From: Octopus vulgaris | Lineage: Eukaryota | Length of the DNA: 64,000 bases | Direction of reading: 5' to 3' | NCBI GenBank assembly: GCA_951406725.2 | Contig: OX597832.1 | Coordinates: 4,650,001 to 4,714,000, forward strand | Part shown: positions 52,526 to 64,000 of the stretch, in pieces | Layout of the letters: every line of letters begins with the position of its first letter | Position numbering within the stretch: position 1 is the first letter of the stretch | Notes under the pieces: model-generated | Databases searched by the model: none | What the model saw: the letters and a program-made list of their open reading frames with translations, nothing else | Told to the model about the DNA's origin: nothing | Made by a program: the position numbers and the translations under genes

Positions 52526-52879
52526 TAGATGGCTGCTACAGAAGAATGTTAAGATTGACTCTGAATGTTAAGATAGAGAGCTCATTTAATGAATAAGCAG
52601 CTTTATCAAGATCTACTCAGCAGAGAAGAAGACTCAGCAGAAAAGAATGATAATTGCTGGCCATTGAGTCAAGCACCCAGAAGAACCTGTGTGTCAATTG
52701 GCTATGACAGTCAGTTGAAGGGAGACTCAACAGAGGAAGTGGACAACTTGCTCCAGGACAGTGGAATGGCAAATGTTGACAAACTAAGAACATGCATGGG
52801 GGATCATGATAGATGACATGCTCATGTGAAGACATTAAAGAATTCAAGAGGACAGCCAAACTAAAAAAAAACTAAACTG

Positions 52880-53142
52880 TATGGTCCTTTTGCTGAACTG
52901 CTAAGTTATGGAAACATAAACAAACCAACACCAGTTGTCAAGTGGTGCAGTGGTGGAGGGGGGGACATAAGCATAAAGACACACATATACACAATGGGCT
53001 TCCACAAACTTTCCATCAACCAAATTCATACGACATCGGTTGACTGTAGCAGAAGATGCTCAAGGTGTTGTACAGTGGAATTGAACCTGAAACCATGTGG
53101 TTGCAAAGTGAGCTTATTAACAACATACCCATGACTGCACCT
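52880..53142 (-). mobile_element. SINE family A, diverged
   Basis: ctgctaagttatgg...ccaacaccagttgtcaag...ggaattgaacctgaaaccatgtggtt. Confidence 0.75.
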
Positions 53143-53160
53143 AAAATAGCTGTTTCCTGT

Positions 53161-53225
53161 TTCCTAAGTGGGAATTGAACCCAGGCTACTGTGATAGGAG
53201 TACAGAATCCTAACCACTAGATCAC
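53161..53225 (-). pseudogene. tRNA-Glu-derived pseudogene or isolated SINE head
   Basis: Minus strand gtgatctagtggttaggattctgtactcctatcacagtagcctgggttcaattcccacttaggaa aligns to metazoan tRNA-Glu (GTGGTCTAGTGGTTAGGATTCGGCGCTCTCACCGCCGCGGCCCGGGTTCGATTCCC) with CpG decay; 5' acceptor strand lost, anticodon mutated. Confidence 0.75.
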
Positions 53226-53733
53226 TTTAAATCACTTATAATCTTAAAATATTTCATATCAATGAATAATTTCAAAAGGAATTCACAAAACTGAATTTAA
53301 AATGTGTTAAAAGAGAAAATAAATGATAGGATGAGCTCAGCTGAGACAATATCAACACTGAGAGAAAAAGATTAAATAATATTATAAGGCATTGGCTCAG
53401 GTGAGCCAATGCCATGTAAATGTGAAATAAAAGGATTAAAAATTAGAAAGATTAGCTCACCTGGGCTAATGCCAGATAACGTCGAAACAGCCACATTACT
53501 GAAATCATAAATAAACTGAAAAAGAAAAAGTTACTTTTAACAGAATTTATTTCATAACTTTATACAATAAAATGGAAAACAGATATAAATAAATTTATTT
53601 CGAAGCTGTTTTTTAAATATAATATTACAAAAGTCATAACTTTTCTCAGACAGTTTTTGAAGTATAAATTCCATAAAACACCATACTACTATTGCTGCTA
53701 ACATCACAGCTTCTACTACTACATACGCATGTA

Positions 53734-53756
53734 TGTGTGTGTGTGTGTGTGTGTGT

Positions 53757-53853
<97 letters not shown>
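53734..53853. repeat. (TG)n(GA)n microsatellite
   Basis: About 46 GA units after a TG run. Confidence 0.97.
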
Positions 53854-53854
<1 letters not shown>

Positions 53855-55419
53855 ATTTTGAAGATTATTATTTAAAATTAAAAATAAGTCAAAGCAACAC
53901 ATCTAGAAAATTTGTTAAGACAGAATGAGGGTGATTTGAAGAAAACTTGGCCATTTCGATAATGGACTTGCAATAAATATCCATCATTTCTTCAGCAATG
54001 TTGAAATGAATAGTTTGCATCTTAAAACATTCTGATGCATCATCTCATTGAAATTTAGACTGACTCTCTCTCTCTCTCTTTCTCTCTCTGCGTGCATGTG
54101 TGATGGTGGTGGATCACCATCATTCAACAATGAACATTCTGCTGTTCAGTCAGCTGAATAAGCTACTCCTGAATTAACACGTAAGAGGTTGAAGATTCCA
54201 CAGTTACATGTACTGTTAGTATTATTTGCAGACGGAATTAGAGTGATACAATGTGTGACAAGGTCATACCTTCTGAAGTATAGGTGCAATGCACAAAACA
54301 GGCTTCTAAGCAATTGCCATCCACCCAATTTCACAAGGTTACCTAAGGCTACAGAAAATGACATTTCTTCTAGATACCATGCAATGGGATCATGACCAAT
54401 TGCAAAATGAACTTCTTAGTCATTCAGCCATAGTGCACCTACACACACACACACATATTCATATATGCCCTTGCACCCAATCTGTCCCTGTCAGGCCTTC
54501 CTCACCACTAATCTTCCTAACACCCATCCCTCCATCCTTCTTTCAACTTTGGTACTATTCAGCTACAGACCTTATGTAAAAGCAAAACTGCACATATCTC
54601 ATTCTTTTTGTGCTAACAATTACACCTCTCTCTGGAACCACTCCCTTTTAATACCAGTCCCCCATTCTCAATATTATCCTTCCCCACTTTATTTTCTACT
54701 GATCAATACTTTTTGTGCGACCGATCACCTCTCTCTTTCCTCAGAACTACATCTTATGACTGCCATTCTTCATTTTCAACACCCTTTCATATTTGCTATC
54801 ATTTTTCAATCTTCTTATTTTTCAATAAATCTGCTATCAATGCTTCCCCACATCTTTGTCTGTCGCTCACTACATTCACCCCTACATACCTCTGACATAC
54901 ATCTCTTTCACTGTACATCTCTCTATCTGCCTTTTATCTTTCACTCTGCACATCATCACCCTATTTCTCATCTATCTTATGCACTGCTACTCTTCACACT
55001 TTCTGTACTTCCACTTACTACCTCCTTCTTATGAGACATTCCTATTTCATTTCACCTTCCCTCCCTGAACTGATAATTACCATTCATCCTTGTTCACCAG
55101 TTCCTACATTCACCTATACTCCTTCTCTAAATATTTTTCGCTCTCCTCTCACACTTATAAACCAATGCACCTACCCTTCTCAAACCTCTCTATTTCCCCT
55201 TATATTCACCTTCTTGTGCACTGAGTCTAAGGAACATTATTAAAATCTTCCTAACAATGTGTCTCAATGGCAAGAAACAATTAGTAGCTTGTATTCTAAT
55301 GTAGTGTACATTAAATGATAATTATGTTTCACTGAATGGTGTACTTTTTTTGCTGATCTTACCTTTATGAAACAGTTAACTATGTATATGTATATTACAT
55401 ATGTATCTATGTATATATA

Positions 55420-56163
55420 CTCTTTTACTTGTCTCAGTCATTTGACTATGGCCATGCTGGAGCACCACCTTAAAGGGTTTTAATTGAAGAAATCAACCCC
55501 AGGACTTATTTTTTGTAAGCCTATTACTTATTCTACTAGTCATTTTTACTGAACCACTAAGTTATGGGGACATAAACACACCAGTATCCACTGATGGCAG
55601 AGTGACAAACATAGACATACACACACACACACATATATACGATGGGCTTCTTTCAGTTTCCATCAACCAAATCTACTCACAAGGGTTTGATCACTCTGAG
55701 GTTATAGTAGAAGACACTTGCTCAAGGGGCCATGCAGTGGGACTGAACCTGGGACCATGTGGTTGGTAAGTAAGCTACTTACCACACAGCCACTCCTGCA
55801 CCTATATATATATCCTTTATCTTTTACTTCTTTCAGTTTTTGAACTGCAGCCAAACTGGAATATCATCTCGAAGGATTTAATCAAACGAATCAGCCCCAG
55901 GACTTGTTCTATTGTCACCTTTACCAGATTGCTAAGTTATGAAGGATGTAAACAAACCAAAACCAGTTGTCAAGTGGTGATGAGGGACAAACGCAAAGAC
56001 ACACACACATCAGATGACTTCCAGACAGTTTCTGTGCACCAGATTCACTCACAAGGCAACTATCAGCCTGAGGCTTTAGAAGATACTTGCCCAAGGTGAC
56101 ATACTGTAAGGCTGAACCCAAAAGCACATGGTTGCAAAGTGAGCTTCTTAGCTACACAACCAT
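55420..56163 (-). mobile_element. Two tandem family A SINEs (about 55420-55803 and 55815-56163)
   Basis: Two tail-to-head sets; the second is more diverged. Confidence 0.85.
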
Positions 56164-56474
56164 TGTGTGTGTGTGTGTGAGAGAGAGAGAGATGAAGGGA
56201 GAGAGAGAGTAAGAGAAAGATGAAAGAAGAATTTGCAAGTATGTGCATATGGACGGAATGATACATGAAATAGTATGTGTATATACTTACATATGCAAAT
56301 GGGGAGATAAGAATAATTTGAGGCCTAGGAATAATTGTTAGTATAAAACTTAGCACAAACACCTTGATATATTACTGACCCACAATGAAACACAACAAAA
56401 TTTGAAGGTAAATTTTACATTACAATTTCTGATTGCTCTAGTAATCATATTCATAGATAAGTATATGTACATGC

Positions 56475-56607
56475 ATGGCTGTGTTTTCTACTATAGCCTC
56501 AGGTTGACCAAAGCTCTTGTGAGTGGATTTTGTAGATAGAAACTGAAAGAAGCCCATTGTGTGTGTGTGTGGGGGGGTATGTGTGTGTGTGTATGTGTGC
56601 ATGTATG

Positions 56608-56648
<41 letters not shown>

Positions 56649-56922
56649 TTAAATCCTTAAAAATATTTCAGCCCGAAAGCTGCGGCCATGCTGGGGCACC
56701 ACCGTTGATATATATATATAATATATATGTATGTATATATGTCTCTGTGTCTATGTTTGTCTCCCCATCACCACTCGAGAACCGGTGTTGGTGTGTTTAG
56801 ACCCCTGTAACTTAGCAGTTAAAATAAGTCCTGGGGTCTATTTGTTCGACTAAAACCCTTCAAGGCAGTGATCCAGCAAGGTTGCAGTCAAATGACTGAA
56901 ACAAGTAAAATAATAAAAGGAT
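56475..56922 (+). mobile_element. SINE family A with an antisense SINE-tail fragment in its microsatellite (about 56645-56705)
   Basis: Internal atttcagcccgaaagctgcggccatgctggggcaccacc flanked by TA runs. Confidence 0.75.
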
Positions 56923-56949
56923 ATATGAATATGTATACATATGGACTAA

Positions 56950-57200
56950 ATTATGTACAAACAATAACGGATGTGAATAAAGACGAGGTGGTATGGGCAT
57001 GTGTTGAGGAGGGATGAAGAGTGTGTTGTAAGGAGGGTGATTGTGTTTGAGGCAAATGAAAGATGGAGAAGATTGGGAGGGTTGGTTTGAAAAAGGAGGA
57101 CACCCAAAACCGGGTAAGATGGCGAGATGGTGTGAGGGCAGTTGCTAGGGCAGTGAGGTAGATCCGGCCACCCTTGTTAACGGGGACAAAACCCAGTTGG
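56950..57200 (+). mobile_element. RTE LINE 3' end, second family
   Basis: RWYGHVLRRDEECVVRRV...VGLKKEDTQNRVRWRDGVRAVA. Confidence 0.8.
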
Positions 57201-57249
57201 AGAAAAATTAGGAGAAATGTTTTAGTATGCAAAGATAGATAAGTAATAT

Positions 57250-57770
57250 ATATACAAGCAATAGAGGTAGCATTAATACCAAGAGGCAATATTTATCCCC
57301 ACTTAAACATGGATGTTCTATAAGAACAAGGTATTCTATGGCAGATACCATGAGAGAAACTCTCATATTGGCTTTTGGTGCAAAATGCACAATTGTTTGT
57401 ATCACTAGAGGGGAGATAAATCCCCACCACCTCCAGCACCAAGACCATCGGATCACATGATTTTGACCTTCTTTGATCTCATCAATGATGGATGCTCAAC
57501 CACTAAAGATAGAAGTAACTAATCTCCCTGCCAGCAATATATAGCATAACAGCACCAGAACAGGTTCTGGTGTTGCAATTAGCCAGTGAGTTTGTTAAAA
57601 AATATATATTAGCAACAGAGGTAGTATTAATATTGAGAGATATTATTTATCCCCATTTAAGTGTGGATGTTCTATTAGAACAAACTATACTGCAGTGAAT
57701 GCCACAAGAGAAACTCTCATATTGTCTTTTGGTGAAAAAGACAATTGTTTATATTGCTAGATAGGTAAAG
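57250..57770. repeat. Direct repeats of about 160 bp (57250 and 57606) around a hammerhead motif; pseudo-LTR-like
   Basis: agcaaNagaggtag...atttatccccaNttaa...tggatgttcta...gagaaactctcatattgNcttttggtg twice, about 355 bp apart. Confidence 0.85.
57445..57491 (-). ncRNA. Decayed minimal type I hammerhead ribozyme motif
   Basis: Minus strand CCATCa-TTGATGA-GATCaaagaaGGTC-AAAA-TCAtgTGA-TC-cGATGG; all three stems present, one substitution in each core box. Confidence 0.65.
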
Positions 57771-60700
57771 GAAGACTTGTTTGGGATACCAGGAGAAGAA
57801 AATTAGTGCATTTGTATGCATATGCATGTGCACTCCACAAATGTTAGGGTAAAGTCTGAATGTTGGTGAGGTGGTGGGGGTTAAAGCGAAATGAGATGGA
57901 AACGATAGAACTAAAAGGAAAACCATTTACTAATGTCTGTAGAAGTAGCAAGGATTAAAATGGTATGCTGTGAAAGTATCTTTGGTTCAAGGAAACAACT
58001 CAAACTATTGTCAATAGAGTGACAGAAATATTAAACTATGGATTTTGAGATACCTGCCACAGTCATACAGATGTTCTGAGAAGCAGTCACCTAAACAGTA
58101 TCCTATTTTGCAAATATACAAACTATGTCAGAGCTTGCAAACAATGAAGTTGGTGAAGATGTTTTTGAAGCTAGAACCAAAACTAACCTGATCCTTTCCA
58201 AGTCTGCTCTCAATCTAAAAATCTACATGATTCCAAATGTTCATATCCCAGATACCTTATGTCTGACATCACTTATAACTGGCCACAAGTCAGGTTGTCA
58301 CATGAACATGAATCGATAGAGTATGTTGCTTTATTTATACTGTTCAGAGATAAGAGAGATGTGCTTAAGTTTGATTTTTAGAAGTGTATAGTCTACATTT
58401 TGAGAACAGTTATACAAATTTTTAAAAAATCCTTCGAGACAGTTTATCATTTGCACCAGTGCAAAAAAACTGGGATATTGAATAACTAAATGAAGCAATT
58501 ATCTAGGCTTTTAATATAATGGATTCCATACAAATTCCATATTGAACAAAAATGAGTTCTTTACTGATATAATATTTTCTTATATCAAAATGAAACTTTC
58601 AGATTTTTGTAACTATCAATGTGTTGTGAAAGTTCACACCAAGTCAAAACAACAACAAAAATCATAAAAAATAACTGCTTCTTCTTTAATGTTAACAATG
58701 TGAAGCTACAGAAAAATTTTGAACAGAAGAAATAGATATAGTAACAATTGTTTTGAGGCTATTTTACACTTAATAGCTGATTTTCTTTTCCATAACAAAA
58801 TTATGAAAAGATGGCAGAGACAAATATTTTTTCTCCATTTTCCTTTTTCACTTGTTTACTCTATCCATCAATCTTGACAAATGACAAACTGTCCAAAGCA
58901 TTGATATCTTTTCCTTTTCTTCATAGCATTAAACAGTGACTTTGCTACTGCTTTTCTTCTTTTCCCTTACATTACCTTTTTATAGATGGACAGTGTGTTC
59001 CTTCTGGTTGCTGAATTAATGACTCACAGCTCATAATACCATATATAATATTCTATTCTTGTTTGTCACTAGGAAATCATCTCATTTATCGTGCTTTTGA
59101 TTTCCACCCTGTTTTAAAATGAAGTAATCTCCAGCAGCTTTACTTCCTTTTTCATTTGGCTTTTCAACATTACCACACAGAGGTATCTTTCTGTGTGAGG
59201 GAAAAGGGTGTAATGGAAGAAGTTGAGGGTTTGATTTTCTATGAGAGCTTTGCTAAAGCATTTACTTATTCTAAGTAATTGGCATATTTTCTTCCCTTGT
59301 ATAATAGAAATTAATATGGATATAATCAGCATTGAAGTGAGATCCCTTTGGGAGTTAACGATGAATAAACAGTTTACTATAACAGCATATTGTTGTTCTT
59401 GTTGCTCAGCCAGATTAAAAACATCTAAGAGTGGCCATTTCATCTATTTTTCAGACACTACATCTAGAACCATGTCTGAAAAACATTTATAGTGTTATTC
59501 CTTTTGTTAGATGGCAAGATTTGGTTGCTATTTTTAACAGGCCAAATAACCATACACTGCTACCTTAGTTCTCAACAAACTCTTCTGAGTTATAGATTTC
59601 TAATGTTGAACATTACCAATATTCTAAAATATCTTCAACATATTATATTCCATCTCACAACTTCTGCTTCATCATCAGATATGTTAGAAATGTTCAGTGT
59701 AATAAAGATGTAAATTACTATTTTCATCTAACACTTCAAAAAATGAGGTGAATTTATTAATATACTTGATATCAACAAAATAATTTTATAACATCTTTGT
59801 AATCTCACTTTTTGTGCTCTCTCCCTCTCTTTCTCTCCATCTTTTTCTCTCTGTCTCTCTGTCTTCTGTCTTTTTGTGATACTTTAGTATCATTTTCTAT
59901 CATGTTCAATACTATTGTACCAATTTTCACAATACTGAGTGAAGTCAAAGTGGCAACCATGCTTGGCTGATTCTTATTTTAGAATGATATTCTAAAGTAA
60001 ATTTATTTTAATCCACAATCACCCTGCTTTGCTGATATTTTTTGTTTGTTTTGTGTTTCTCAAATATTTTATCTTCAAATTTTGTCAAAATAAACTATCT
60101 TTATTGTTTTTCTGGATGTTTGTGGGATATGATGTCATTCAGGAGAATAACAATTCACATCTTAACTATTTTTCCAGCTCTGATATCTAATTAACTTATA
60201 GATATCTCTGAAAGAGCTACATTATTTGAAAACAGTAGTAGTATCTTCCTTTAAAAAAAATATACATAATTCAAAGTTTTAGAGATTCTGTGGTTATATA
60301 GTTTTCTTTTTTATAGAATTTGTTTTTAAATAATTTATATGATAAATGTGTTGACAGATTCTCTGAAGCTTGCAGATTTAAGAAGTGATGAGACACAATA
60401 AGACAGCTTAATAAACAGAGAACAGTTTTGGTTAACCTTAGAGAAATACATAGTTTGAAATAAAGAGCTTTGATAAAAATATTTACTCTATAAATATTTC
60501 TCTTTCATTCTGAGTTATTCAATGACATCAAGTTACTCTGTAACTCCAAACTCAATGTATACTACTAACATTTTTTTTTACACTATTATAATATTTCAGT
60601 TTAGCACTATCACACTATGACACCATTATACTATAGTGCTATCACACGTTCTAGATCAGTGTTTCACTTTAGCAACCATCATCTCATTAAAGCAACATCA

Positions 60701-61863
60701 CAAACTGACAATTTTTCACCAATACATTCTGTAGTAGTCTCATTATAACACCATGACACTTGGTAAAGATAGTAATTTCGACAATAATTTCAACATTCTC
60801 CTATATAACCCAGAGTTACTATGGTAAATTAATTTAGACAGACTAGCAACAGTAACTACTTAATCCAATAAGTCAAAAACAGAGCTTCTACATGATCTTT
60901 GAACCTGCTAAAAATAGCAACCAAACATCTCTCAAACCAAACTTCTACTGTCCTGAAAAAAGAGAAACACACTGGATAATTTAATCTTAACTGTGCAATT
61001 CCTGAGAAATTAACAAGTTGGGCATGGTTGGAATGCCTTCCATCATTGGTCTGCTCAAACATTGTTTTCCTCAGGATAAACATCAACTAATTAATCCAAC
61101 TGAACACTATACTAGCTTTATGTTTTAAGACACAATCAGTTGTTTTCAACTTGTCTGTTTATAAAAACCTAGCTGTTTTAAAACCTTATTTAAATACATT
61201 TTCATCTGAAGTACTCGTTGTTTCCTTTTATTAACAAATCAATGAGGAAATGGGGAATCAAATGGAGCATTTGTTTAACAGATCAATCAGATGAGGAAGG
61301 GCAGCAATAATGACACATTTTTCAGCTTCCATGACTCAGGGGAGGAACAGGATGAGCTATCGTTAGACTGGAAATTTGGCCCAAATGACTGTAACAGAAT
61401 GGATTCTGCTAAATGCTGCCAAGAACTAAGTGGTTTATGTTAAATTTTATTGCCAAATCACACGTATCCACTCAAAATTTCATTACCCTTAACTACAAAA
61501 AGTAGTTTTATATATCATTCTATCTTTTGTTGAGGAATGTCATGTTTGTGACTATTTTTGTTGAGATGTACCAAGTTTAATTAGGCAACATGACTTGCAG
61601 AAAATACCAAATCTATTTTTTGGTAGATAATTAAGGTCATTTCTGGAATAATCATGAAATTTAATTTAACTGTTAAAGGTTTCAATCAGGGGGACAGATT
61701 AAGTCTACCACTCAAATTTCATAAAATAGTTATGACTAAAAATAATGTATTTGTTTTTCTTCACTACTGTGACTAATTGGTTAATGACACTTAACAACCA
61801 TAGTAATTATTGCTAATTGCTGTAATTGTTGAGCAGTTGTAGTGCATGTGGCTCAGACATATA

Positions 61864-62075
61864 TAACAGGGTGCTGAAAAGTTCCTGACTTTAAGGGTAT
61901 CATGAAAGACCTGGTTGGAGGCCCAGCCTTCTGGGTCCTTTTACAGAGCTTAGTAAAACTGAAGGATTGCTGCAATAAGGGTGTGAATCTGAGAGGGGAA
62001 TATGTTGAATAAAATCATAATTGACTGATCCTCCTGCATCCTACACAAAGCCAGGAACTTTTCAGCACAAACTTG
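61864..62075 (+). mobile_element. Mariner-derived MITE
   Basis: TIRs gtgctgaaaagttcctgacttt / aaagccaggaacttttcagcac; retains transposase C-terminus K.VNLRGEYVE*. Confidence 0.85.
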
Positions 62076-62719
62076 TAGCCCAGAAGTATATGTTTGTATA
62101 TATGTTGTATATATGTGCGTGTGTTAATGGCTACTCCTAGGTGTCTGGGAGTAGCCACTTAGTTACCCAGTATTATACTATCATCCAATTCATCTTGTTT
62201 TTCAATCGATAATCTCAATGAATCAGAATGTCAAGAATTTTTCTTGTTAGCCAAAATACTTATCCCAGTACTAACTTCAGCTAAATATTTACATTCTTTA
62301 TTTGTGTTTTACAATATCTAAAATTACTAGTACAAGGATGTAAGGGTGTTCGCATAAGCTAATCAAATATTTAATAGCAATCTACAGGATTAGTAATTTG
62401 ATGTTGTAATCTTGTCTGTCATTTCAATCTTCTTAATAATCTTCCAATGTTGTTGATATCACCATTGTTTTGTTATTTTTAATTTGCAAGCAATGCAGTT
62501 AAGGTGTTGAGCTGATAGAGATTTAGCTATTACACTTAGCAAGTCAAATAACTACATAGAGCAATTTGTTGGCTCACAGTGGTAATTATAGAAACAAGGA
62601 CAAGAAGAATAGATATCATAATGAGAAAACTAGTACTAAAACAGATAACACTAAATTATAATGATATTGATAAAGGTTATAATAATGACAAAGAAACCTA
62701 ACTGAAAAATAACCTTGTC

Positions 62720-63560
62720 AATGAATACTTACATCATTGTTTACAAAAGAATGAAGCAATTTTAGATACAGCAAAATATTTGATTTACCTAACATCAAAA
62801 CACAAACTATAAATAAAGCTGTCACACCTCTTGAGCCTAAATCATATTTTCTAATAATTTTTTCAAATAATATATCAGCTTGAGTGCAACATACTTTAAA
62901 CAAATTTTAACACTTAAAAAACCTTTTAAACACCTATAATTTGCTGAAATCGATGATTTTTTTAAAGCATTTCTTCAATACTTTATGCATTGATTTTAGA
63001 CAGAAATCTCACACTTAAAACATGTTATTTCTGCAGTAGCTATACTGGATGGAAATAAAAGGACACCTGTGTTACTAGGAAACCAATCCTATAATATAAC
63101 TCTTCAACAAACATCTTTTTCACTTCTATCAAAAGGAGAGAATATTCAAAATTCTCGTCATACAGAACACCTCAGGATAAATGTGCTACATTCGTATCTT
63201 ACATATTCTAAATAAATCTTCATGTCAGCAGGGATGGTACAATTATTTCCACCATTGTCATTATAAGAACCCTTGTTATCACCAGCATTATAACATCAGT
63301 TTCCTTCAAGTCATAATACATTGCTTCTGAAAGGCATATAGAAATCATTGTTAGCTAAAAAGCTAACTGTAAAAGATTAAAATTGGACTACAGAAACCCT
63401 CCTCGGTTATGATTTACAAAAACAGACAATTATTAAGCTGTTAGAAGACAACTAACTACACATGGATAAAGTAATATATTATTCAAGTATTAAGAAGGTA
63501 GCTACAGGTTGTTGCCAAACTTAATCAGTTACACATTTCTAATTTCTAAATTATAGTGGG
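62720..63560 (-). mobile_element. Possible P-element/THAP9-like transposase fossil
   Basis: Scattered minus-strand fragments LLT..., RGGF..P, YLEYV, GVLLFPS in the expected order; many stops. Confidence 0.25.
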
Positions 63561-63756
63561 AAGTTTGTGAAAGCAAAACAACATTAAAACTTCCATTGAT
63601 ATGAGTCTTTCTTTCATGTAGTCACACATCATCATTAAAGTTCATTAAACAGAATATTTTTCAACAAACACTTTATGAAACATTTAGCTTTTTTTGTCTC
63701 AACAATTTTTCATTGCACTCAACAAAATTTTTCCAAATAAATTTTCACACACACAC

Positions 63757-63842
63757 ATCATCATTGTTTAACATCCGCTTTCCATACTGGCATGGGTTGG
63801 ACAGTTTGACATAGAGCTGACCAGTTGGCAGCTGCCTAGACT
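63757..63842 (-). mobile_element. Family C (RTE-type) 3' terminus
   Basis: catcatcattgtttaacatccgctttccatactggcatgggttgg. Confidence 0.75.
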
Positions 63843-63866
63843 CATACACACTTAAGCACACTCACA

Positions 63867-63869
<3 letters not shown>

Positions 63870-63935
<66 letters not shown>
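63870..63935. repeat. (TG)n microsatellite
   Basis: About 32 TG units. Confidence 0.97.
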
Positions 63936-63936
<1 letters not shown>

Positions 63937-64000
63937 ATCTCTCTCTCCAGTCCTTCCCCTGCCACTGTATCATTGGTATCCTGTCACTCCCCTCTATATC

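Larger units (their letters stand above)
51650..52850 (+). mobile_element. RTE/RTEX-type LINE RT C-terminal fragment split by a nested insertion
   Basis: YRYLGAW...SACHKLHKFWSS...ILLYGAATWTFTKKLEKQI resumes in frame at 52528 as DGCYRRMLR. Confidence 0.85.

Noticed and set aside
54465-55034. 189-aa ORF rich in L/S/F/H/P
   Set aside because: By-product of a pyrimidine-rich, G-poor tract; no domain motifs

Overview
AT-rich, repeat-dominated eukaryotic DNA, probably intronic or intergenic. No intact protein-coding gene, rRNA, functional tRNA or CRISPR array can be supported. The SINE families and microsatellite load resemble repeats I recall from octopus (coleoid cephalopod) genomes; this assignment is recall and inference, not a search result. 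Most ORF-track entries are artefacts of (TA/CA/GA)n microsatellites or SINEs. Recognisable content: many tRNA-derived SINEs (CORE-like, Nin/Deu-like and V/Meta-like); decayed LINEs (RTE, CR1/L2-like, L1/Tx1-like); Penelope-like (PLE) remnants; four near full-length dead DNA transposons with both TIRs (maT/DD37D-like, Tc1, mariner, hAT with BED finger); TTAA-flanked piggyBac-type MITEs; pogo and mariner MITEs; Helitron pieces; and a tRNA-Glu pseudogene. The most notable unexplained structures are: (1) about five decayed minimal hammerhead-ribozyme motifs plus two weaker remnants, several in the spacer of long inverted or direct repeats; (2) two converging Helitron 5' ends that appear to share one perfectly palindromic 3' terminus; (3) a 128-codon minus-strand frame behind a good splice acceptor, broken by a single TGA; (4) three palindromes at an exact 60-bp period. 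Coordinates were read by eye and may be off by a few bases, more for decayed repeats.
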